From positions 1 through 32,318 of IMG/VR virus record IMGVR_UViG_3300037467_000591: a stretch of DNA of 32,318 nucleotides. One strand, written 5' to 3'. Source of the stretch: a virus. Lineage: Duplodnaviria > Caudoviricetes. Both the position numbers and the translations under genes were made by a program. The notes beneath the pieces are model-generated. The model was given only the letters and a program-made list of their open reading frames with translations, had not been told where the DNA came from and ran no database searches. Below, in pieces: positions 25,729 to 32,318 of the stretch (position 1 is its first letter; the number at the start of each line of letters is the position of its first letter).

Positions 25729-26136
25729 TTAATTTTGTTTTGTGTATACTCTAAATCTGCATACGCCGTGATAAACTTGGTCGTCCTTAAATACTTCTAA
25801 GAACTCCCTTTCAATTCCTTCTAAAGTAAAACCGGTTAATATGATCGGTGTCGCCGTAATAGCGGATAAAATAGCGTCCATTATTACTTTTGCCTCGGTT
25901 TTACCCGGGCCGGCACTCCATACGTTAATAGTTAAGGTGGTATTTTCCCCATAGTCAAGTTTAGTATCATACGATGTAACCGTATCGTTTCCAATTTGAA
26001 TGTATGGTAATAATGCCCCTTCCTCAACTTCATCGTACACCTCATTTACCATAGTTTTTAAAATAGAATCATTTTTCAACCTTAAATAAATCGCTTTTTG
26101 CAATGGTAATAATGCGGTTTTTAAAGGGCCTCTCAT
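25729..26136 (-). CDS. tail terminator/completion protein (DUF3168-like)
   Basis: LQKAIY.RL...VYDEV...PYI.IG...YHGV.RFR. Confidence 0.85.
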   Translation of the reverse strand: MRGPLKTALLPLQKAIYLRLKNDSILKTMVNEVYDEVEEGALLPYIQIGNDTVTSYDTKLDYGENTTLTINVWSAGPGKTEAKVIMDAILSAITATPIILTGFTLEGIEREFLEVFKDDQVYHGVCRFRVYTKQN

Positions 26137-26561
26137 TTAGATAAAACCCCCTTCATAGCTGCTATGAATTTCGGCCTTTCATCCTCTGCCGCCGGATGTA
26201 AAAACGGCTGCGCTCGTTGGCCCTCTGTATAGAAAAAACCTTTTCTAGTACGATAAACCCACGGCGTACTCCGTCCCGGAATTGTTGGATGCTCGGCAAA
26301 TTTACCCGTGCCATATTCTACATAGGGCGCATATTGAACTTTTGTTCCTACTAATAGAGAAAAACCCGGGCCGCTTGCCGGCTCAATAGCTATTGATCCT
26401 CTTAAACGCCCACTATCAACGGCGCAACGTTGTTTGGCTCCTGTTTGCACGTTTATAGCACTTTCGTTTACAACGTCTTTTATTTCCTGTAATTTCTTTT
26501 GACTCCAACGTTTAACGTCTGCATTTGCTGCGTTAAAATTTGCGTTAATCTTTACTCTCAC
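26133..26561 (-). CDS. HK97 gp10-like neck/tail protein
   Basis: VDSGRLRGSI...YAPYVEYGTG...AQPFLHPA. Confidence 0.88.
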   Translation of the reverse strand: MRVKINANFNAANADVKRWSQKKLQEIKDVVNESAINVQTGAKQRCAVDSGRLRGSIAIEPASGPGFSLLVGTKVQYAPYVEYGTGKFAEHPTIPGRSTPWVYRTRKGFFYTEGQRAQPFLHPAAEDERPKFIAAMKGVLSK

Positions 26562-26887
26562 GGATTAACACCCTCTTTGCATTGCAAATTTAACTCTATG
26601 TTTTTCTCATCCGGGTTAAGGATGTATTGAATTAAAAAAATGCGTCCGTTGTAGTTTACCCGGTGTTTATCCTTTTTTAAATTGGCCAAATACCTAATTT
26701 TTATCATATGTGTTACATATTCGCCCCTACGATCCGCTATTACGGCCTCATAAGCGCTTGTTGGTCTAACTTCGGCCCAAACCGTGGCCATTGTCTGCCA
26801 TGCAGGAATTTTATTTCCTGCCCCGTCGTTAATTGTACCGGTGTTTTCCTCAATAATTATTTGGTGCCTTAAACGGTTAATATCCAT
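26558..26887 (-). CDS. head closure protein (SPP1 gp16-like)
   Basis: LRHQI.I...W...ATVWAEV...TH.IKIRY. Confidence 0.88.
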   Translation of the reverse strand: MDINRLRHQIIIEENTGTINDGAGNKIPAWQTMATVWAEVRPTSAYEAVIADRRGEYVTHMIKIRYLANLKKDKHRVNYNGRIFLIQYILNPDEKNIELNLQCKEGVNP

Positions 26888-27238
26888 TTAATCCGCTCCA
26901 TTAATTATATCAGTTTCCGGCGTATCCGTTGCAACAACATTATTATTGGTTGCGGCTCTAAACATTGGAACGCGGTATTTACTTAATGTTGAATAATCCG
27001 GCTTAACGGGTTGGCCTCTATTCTCGAATTTTTGAGCAATGCGGTTTAGTATCCATTCTTTAACCATCGCGGGCGCCTCTTTTGGTACTCCATCAACGGA
27101 AAAATCTGTATTTAAAAATTGTTCGGCCTCGTCAATAGCGCTATCTTTTAACATATCAATTGTCCCTGCCTCTTGGGTTGGATCAATGCGTAAATAGTCT
27201 GCTATTTGCGTGCCTGTAAAAGTGACTTGTAAGGGCAT
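26888..27238 (-). CDS. head-tail connector (HK97 gp6/SPP1 gp15-like)
   Basis: YLRID...A...AEQFLN...P..VK..IL..IA..FENR. Confidence 0.85.
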   Translation of the reverse strand: MPLQVTFTGTQIADYLRIDPTQEAGTIDMLKDSAIDEAEQFLNTDFSVDGVPKEAPAMVKEWILNRIAQKFENRGQPVKPDYSTLSKYRVPMFRAATNNNVVATDTPETDIINGAD

Positions 27239-27243
27239 CGGGT

Positions 27244-27639
27244 TTATTCTCCCTTCAATACTTTAATTAAATCAACTTGCTTCATAGTGTTATAGCCTTT
27301 AATGCCCGCCTCTTTTGCTGCTTTTTTAAGCTGCGGATAATTCATTGCGTCATAATCAACGGAATTGTCTGTTTTTTTATCGTTTTTAGGCGTTTCTTCT
27401 ACTTCCTCGGGTTTTTCTACCTCTACAACTTCCGGCGCCTCTACGGCCTCGTTAATGGCCTCTGACGTTTCCGGCTCAATTTCTTCTTTTTGATCGCTAG
27501 GCCCTACTATTTCGCAATATCCCGCCTCCGCCCAAATATTAACCATTTCGTCATTGTCAATATCATGTAAATGAATGTCGGCCGGGTTAAATGTACTCAA
27601 ATTATGAGTAAATGGTATTAACGCTCTAAATTTCGGCAT
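27244..27639 (-). CDS. head-region protein with acidic linker and C-terminal Rho-N/HeH-like domain
   Basis: YDAMNYPQLKKAAKEAGIKGYNTMKQVDLIKVL. Confidence 0.75.
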   Translation of the reverse strand: MPKFRALIPFTHNLSTFNPADIHLHDIDNDEMVNIWAEAGYCEIVGPSDQKEEIEPETSEAINEAVEAPEVVEVEKPEEVEETPKNDKKTDNSVDYDAMNYPQLKKAAKEAGIKGYNTMKQVDLIKVLKGE

Positions 27640-27672
27640 TATTTACGCCCCCTTTTTTATTGTTTAGCTATG

Positions 27673-27703
27673 AAAAAAGCCGGCGGGCGCAATGCCCCCG
27701 GCC
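27673..27703 (-). terminator. intrinsic terminator after the capsid gene
   Basis: GCCGG.GGGC...GCCC.CCGGC stem with T-run. Confidence 0.7.
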
Positions 27704-27723
27704 TCTTTTAAGAGATTAATTTA

Positions 27724-28899
27724 TTAAGTGATTTTAAGAACGCGTAAAGCATTTGCACGTTTTACATATCCACCTACACGGCGTTTGTAACGGAACCCAA
27801 TTAAACCATCGTTTAAGTATAACTCGTCGATACGCTTAATTGCTCCCTCTTTACGGTCAATAATTTGGTATGCTGATTTAATGTCTCCAAAAATAGCAAC
27901 CTCTTTACCTGTTGTTGTTGCAGTATCCATTGGCTCTACATTATAAACCGGTTTACCGTTAAACATTGACGGCGCCCCCGCTTGTAATGATGGCTGCCAT
28001 AAATATTGGCCCGTTGTGTCTTTCATTAGACGCATAGCTAACTCAATTAATGGGTTAACCATGTATACGCCGTTTTTACGCGCAACGCTTGGTACTTGGT
28101 ACGCAAGTTTAATCATATCGTCTGCAACTAAAGTATTAGCCGTTGCCGTGTTGAAACGTGTAACTGTTGTTCCGTTTAAAATACCCTCCGGCTGCATAGC
28201 TGCATGGCCTGTCCCTTTTAAGAACGCTAATTCCTCCATGTTTGCGTAAGCGTCGCTGAATGAATCAGTTAGGTATTGCGTTAAGTCATAATCGCTATCC
28301 TCTAACTCGTCCTCACCAATTTTAGTAAGACCGTATGCATCCTCTACGTATGCGTAAGTCTCTGTTGGTGTTAATGAACTTTCAAATGATGCCAATTTAG
28401 GATTAGTTTGAATTTCGATTTTACCCCAACCTGTTGTTACTTCGTTCATACCAATACGTCTTACGCGGTCTGATTTAGTCCCACGTACTGACGCAAGGCC
28501 ACGAATTACGTTTAATTGTGGTAACGCACGGTAAATAGTATTGTCAAGGTCTGCCGTTACTAAAATATCGCCCGTTGCATCTTGTACTAGCGCTTTTTCT
28601 TCTCTAGTTAATTCCGTAATACCTTTACGGATGAACTTGAAAAATGCATCATGTTTCTTTTGTTCTTCCTCTGATTTTTGAGGTTTTCCACCTTCAAAAT
28701 TAATGCGGTTTGCTTTTTTTGCTAACTCATCAATTTGAGATTTAAAATTGTCCATCTCTTTATTGATCTTTGCAATTTGTTCGTTTGTTTCTTGACTAGC
28801 TTGTCCGAATTTTTTAATTTCATCTTCCGAACGTTGGCCCATTGCCTTTAATTCAGTAAAGGCCGTTTGCAATTGTGCTTGTAGGTCTTTTAATTCCAT
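27724..28899 (-). CDS. HK97-family major capsid protein
   Basis: N-terminal coiled-coil delta domain; FLKGTG...PEGIL, KDTTGQYLWQP, IFGD...Y.I.DR motifs. Confidence 0.95.
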   Translation of the reverse strand: MELKDLQAQLQTAFTELKAMGQRSEDEIKKFGQASQETNEQIAKINKEMDNFKSQIDELAKKANRINFEGGKPQKSEEEQKKHDAFFKFIRKGITELTREEKALVQDATGDILVTADLDNTIYRALPQLNVIRGLASVRGTKSDRVRRIGMNEVTTGWGKIEIQTNPKLASFESSLTPTETYAYVEDAYGLTKIGEDELEDSDYDLTQYLTDSFSDAYANMEELAFLKGTGHAAMQPEGILNGTTVTRFNTATANTLVADDMIKLAYQVPSVARKNGVYMVNPLIELAMRLMKDTTGQYLWQPSLQAGAPSMFNGKPVYNVEPMDTATTTGKEVAIFGDIKSAYQIIDRKEGAIKRIDELYLNDGLIGFRYKRRVGGYVKRANALRVLKIT

Positions 28900-28918
28900 T
28901 TTCCAAACCCCCTAATTG

Positions 28919-29620
28919 TTATTTGTTACTTGCAAATGCTTGCATATTTTTTAATATGCCTAATATATCCTCGGCGGCTTTCTTCTCATCTTCATTAGGT
29001 TGTTGAGTGCCTGCCGGCGGCTCAATTCCTTTTTCCGATGCGTCTAAAAGTGCCGTTAATGCTTTAATTGCGCCCTCTACTAAGCCTTTATTTTTCTCGC
29101 TTAATACTTTACCGGCTTTTAATTCCTCGTCGATCCATTCACTCATGCGACTAATTCCGGTTGCAAGTGATTTAACACCCGTAACGCCGGCTTGGTCATT
29201 CATTGCAAATGTAACCGGGGAAAACTCCCATAATCGAACCTCTTTAATGCGTCTAGCGCCTGCTAAATTGTCCCAATCGGCCTTAACTGTGTTATAACCT
29301 ATTGACAACTCATCAATAACGCCGTCTCTCATTAATTGTACAACGTCTTTACCTAATTGTGTAGGAGAAATTTTGGCCTTTACGTGTAACCCCTTGCTAT
29401 CCTCGGCCATGTACATTGGTTTTCCTATTGGTTGGTATGGATCGTGCTGCCATAATACTTTAACGCGTTTGCTTTCTTGGATCGTTTTTGTAAATGCTCC
29501 CGGCTCTATAATGTCGTCGCCGGAATCTTTATAATTAAATACGGATGCGTACCCCTCAAACTCATTTTTCTCTAAATTAGCCTTAATTTCAAACGTGAAA
29601 TTTTTAGTTTCAAATGACAT
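28919..29620 (-). CDS. HK97-family prohead protease
   Basis: FEGYASVF...D.I.PGAF, LWQHD, LSIGY, LWEFSPVTFAMN. Confidence 0.95.
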   Translation of the reverse strand: MSFETKNFTFEIKANLEKNEFEGYASVFNYKDSGDDIIEPGAFTKTIQESKRVKVLWQHDPYQPIGKPMYMAEDSKGLHVKAKISPTQLGKDVVQLMRDGVIDELSIGYNTVKADWDNLAGARRIKEVRLWEFSPVTFAMNDQAGVTGVKSLATGISRMSEWIDEELKAGKVLSEKNKGLVEGAIKALTALLDASEKGIEPPAGTQQPNEDEKKAAEDILGILKNMQAFASNK

Positions 29621-29635
29621 AATAAAAAACCTCCC

Positions 29636-30382
29636 TTATTTTCTCACTTTGTATATTTCAGTACAACGGCATTGTATAACTTCCTCGGCTGCTCCTGTTG
29701 GATCGCCCGGAAACATAAGGCCGTTACTATATGGCTTTTCTTTTGCTACTGTTTCCCCGTCCATTGCGTTATGAGTATCTCGCGTTCTGTCGTCACGGGT
29801 TGCCAACCAACTTTTATTTAGTTTTAGGCCTGTTTGGTCTGCTGCTAAACTATTTCCGGCGTTGGATGCGCCTATAACTTCCGTCCTCGCTATTACCTCA
29901 CTACGATTAGGAATAATTTGTTTTAAATAAAGATCATCAATGCGGGCTGCTATTTGGTCGATACTTTCACCCGCTGCCTCACCTTTTTTAATGATGCCTC
30001 GTATTTTCAATTTAGTTGTTAAGCTGATGCCAACAACTTTTTTTGCAACTGTTGAAGAAATAAACTTTTGCACAAACTTATCAAATACCTTGAATACTGT
30101 TTCTAATGGTATTTTTGGCGCCTTTGTTTCTAAATCGTTCCCGGCATCTTTTTTAAATTGGTCCATTAATTGCGTTCCGAAATCATCTATAACCTCAACA
30201 TATACTTTAGTAAGTAATAGCTGCATTTCTTTTTGCATGATCGCCTTTTCTGCTGCATCGGCTCCACCTTTTTTAAATGCAGCAACAACGGCTTTTTGTT
30301 CTGCTGCAAACAATAATTCTAAACTGTCGGCAACGTCTTTATAATACTTTTTGCGGCCGCTCTCCATTGATTTAAAAAACAA
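29636..30382 (-). CDS. MuF/SPP1 gp7-like minor head protein
   Basis: IARTE, K.WLAT.D.RTR.TH..MDG, FPGDP...EVIQCRC. Confidence 0.9.
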   Translation of the reverse strand: MFFKSMESGRKKYYKDVADSLELLFAAEQKAVVAAFKKGGADAAEKAIMQKEMQLLLTKVYVEVIDDFGTQLMDQFKKDAGNDLETKAPKIPLETVFKVFDKFVQKFISSTVAKKVVGISLTTKLKIRGIIKKGEAAGESIDQIAARIDDLYLKQIIPNRSEVIARTEVIGASNAGNSLAADQTGLKLNKSWLATRDDRTRDTHNAMDGETVAKEKPYSNGLMFPGDPTGAAEEVIQCRCTEIYKVRK

Positions 30383-30417
30383 ATCTTTTTCCTCGTCCGT
30401 TTCAATGTCAAACGCTT

Positions 30418-31737
30418 TTACATTACCGTAAAAAAACGGCCCTTCTTACCCTCACCCTCTTTTGGATCGTTACTACCTGGATCATCTTTCGGGTTTTGTT
30501 CCCCTTGTTTTGGCCCTAATATTAGATTGTTATTTTCATCTACAACCCAAACGGAACCCGGTATTAAATGCGTATCCCCGCCCGGTAATTCTTCATAACC
30601 TCGGGCCGCCCTTGCCTCATTTAGAGTAATAACGCCGTTTTTGTAGTCCTCACGTATACGCGCTGCTTTAATGTCGCTATTTTCTTTTAAGGCCTCAATA
30701 GAATCTTTGTCATAGTCTAAATAAAGGTTGTCCCCGTATTTAATAACTAATGTTGAATTTAGTTTATCTCTTAATTTATCTAAAATTGGTAAAATAGCAT
30801 CCTCGTATAATGCTTTGCGGGCCTCCTCGTAATTGGCATACGTTTTATTTTCTCCGTATCCCACAACCTCCGGCGGAACTTGGAAAGCTGCGCAAATTTC
30901 TAATATACTCATCTTTTTAGAGTTTATAAAGTCCATATCGCGGGGACTTAAACTCATGTCTTGCCATTTTAAACCGCCCTCTAAAATTAAGGTTTTACCG
31001 GCATTATTTTTACCAACGTTTTTACTCATTTGCTCGTCTAATCGGTCATATTGTACCTCCGTTAATGTTTCCTCTGTTGACAATGCGCCGGTTGGTCTTG
31101 CTCCATTGGTTAATAATGAGTTATTCCATGCATTAGCAGCGTTGTCATTATCAATACCACGGGCCGCAACTTCAATTGGTGATAGTCCGTAAAAATCGTC
31201 TAACGGGTTAAAAAATTTCAAATGAGATACACGGCTTTTATCTAAAAAAGTTGTTGTTTCGCCTATGTTGTAGTTATAACCTTTAATAAAGTCCACGGCA
31301 TCCGGTACCACTTTTAAACGATCCGAACGTAAAGGCCATAACTCCAACGGCGGGCGGTTTGTATATGGTGAACTCATGTCTAAATATGCGTTACCGCTGA
31401 TTAATAAAAATGCTACTAGTGACTCGAATAATTCTTGTTGGCTCATAAATTCATTTGGCTTTTGCAGCAATTTTAATAAATCATGTTGCGGAACTTCCTT
31501 TTTTTCTCCTTTTGCGTCCACTTGGTACAATAGCCACGGTACGCCGGCCGCTCCCTGCGCTACGGCTTGAATACAACGATAAACCCAAACGTTAGCGTTG
31601 TATCCTTCTTTTGCGAAATTCTCATAATCCCGGTTACTCCATTGCGGGGACAAACCTAAAACCTTAACTATTGCCCGGTGTATTTCAGTCGCTTTTTTAT
31701 GAAATGCGGGCGGCAAAATATAATTTCTCCAACTCAT
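30418..31737 (-). CDS. HK97-family portal protein
   Basis: LL.KPNEFM, GNAY, FYGLSPI, NGARP.G.L, ILEGGLKW, I.AAF.VPP, ITLNEAR. Confidence 0.95.
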   Translation of the reverse strand: MSWRNYILPPAFHKKATEIHRAIVKVLGLSPQWSNRDYENFAKEGYNANVWVYRCIQAVAQGAAGVPWLLYQVDAKGEKKEVPQHDLLKLLQKPNEFMSQQELFESLVAFLLISGNAYLDMSSPYTNRPPLELWPLRSDRLKVVPDAVDFIKGYNYNIGETTTFLDKSRVSHLKFFNPLDDFYGLSPIEVAARGIDNDNAANAWNNSLLTNGARPTGALSTEETLTEVQYDRLDEQMSKNVGKNNAGKTLILEGGLKWQDMSLSPRDMDFINSKKMSILEICAAFQVPPEVVGYGENKTYANYEEARKALYEDAILPILDKLRDKLNSTLVIKYGDNLYLDYDKDSIEALKENSDIKAARIREDYKNGVITLNEARAARGYEELPGGDTHLIPGSVWVVDENNNLILGPKQGEQNPKDDPGSNDPKEGEGKKGRFFTVM

Positions 31738-31761
31738 AACATCACCTCAAAAATAATTATA

Positions 31762-32318
31762 TTATAATTCTCTTACTCTCGGTTGGTTTTCCATCATTTC
31801 CGCCAATCCTGTTAATGCGTCCGGTCCGTCGTCGTTGGCGTTTTTCCCTTCTCTTTGATAACTCGTAATAGCTTTATAGAACTCCGGCCAACGATCATGC
31901 CAATTAGCAGGAAAATAAATATTGTTTTGTACATATGTTGAATTTGTTAAGATGCGGGCCTTTTTGTTCTTGCTTTGGTGGAACCAACGAATAGTTGTTT
32001 TTCTTGTTTTATGATCTTCCCAAATGATCCGGCCAACGTTGCGGGAAAAGCCACGGCCCCCGTTGTTACTCTCAATTTTGGCCAATGTCACGTTGTTATC
32101 AACTAGCATTTGGGCGGTTGCCGGCTCCGTTTTCTCCATACCATCTTTAGTATATAAAACGTCCGTAACATACAATTGACCGTTATACATAGCAGCGCAA
32201 ATACTTGCTAAATAATCGTCGCCCTCGTCTGCCGTATCGGTGTAATTAATAACGCCCTCAATTAAACTATTTCCTTTATCATCTTTAGGTAAATCAGAAT
32301 ACGTTTTAAGAGTTTTAT
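31762..32318 (-). CDS. terL: terminase large subunit, C-terminal nuclease domain (5'-truncated by the window edge)
   Basis: Frame open to the window end; YTDTADEGDDY, IESNNGG and NDDGPDALTG motifs; upstream of the portal. Confidence 0.9.
   Translation of the reverse strand, partial: KTLKTYSDLPKDDKGNSLIEGVINYTDTADEGDDYLASICAAMYNGQLYVTDVLYTKDGMEKTEPATAQMLVDNNVTLAKIESNNGGRGFSRNVGRIIWEDHKTRKTTIRWFHQSKNKKARILTNSTYVQNNIYFPANWHDRWPEFYKAITSYQREGKNANDDGPDALTGLAEMMENQPRVREL

Noticed and set aside
29636-30382. MuF polymorphic toxin
   Set aside because: The protein ends just after the CRC motif, with no C-terminal toxin extension or immunity gene.
1-32318. CRISPR array, tRNA or rRNA genes
   Set aside because: No regularly spaced repeats or cloverleaf/rRNA signatures were seen; the recurring CCCGG/CCGGG motifs are terminator stems.

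Overview
A 32.3 kb segment of a Bacillus-type (low-GC, Bacillaceae-like) siphovirus genome or prophage, with almost every gene on the minus strand. Read from right to left it contains: terminase large subunit (partial), HK97-type portal, MuF/gp7 minor head protein, prohead protease, major capsid, connectors, tail tube, tail chaperones with a -1 frameshift, tape measure, a very large Dit-like baseplate protein, a hub protein, and lysis genes (two holin-type genes flanking an M15-LysM endolysin). Next come small accessory genes and an HNH endonuclease, an unusual accessory operon (RHH, VirB2-like pilin, basic peptide, membrane-anchored M23 peptidase, VirB4/VirD4/HerA-like ATPase), a second detached fibre/appendage cluster, and a recombination module (YqaJ, RecT, SSB). 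No integrase or repressor gene sits in the usual post-lysis position. The most notable observation is that the accessory operon has a sigmaE-like (mother-cell) promoter, while a consensus sigmaF/sigmaG (forespore) promoter embedded on the opposite strand drives an unannotated 23-aa hydrophobic peptide. This suggests a phage system split between the two compartments of the sporulating cell. Other notable signals are a likely -1 frameshift fusing portal to MuF, a structured 135-nt leader RNA, a repeated operator and a duplicated 49-bp promoter element. All assignments come from reading motifs by eye; no searches were run.
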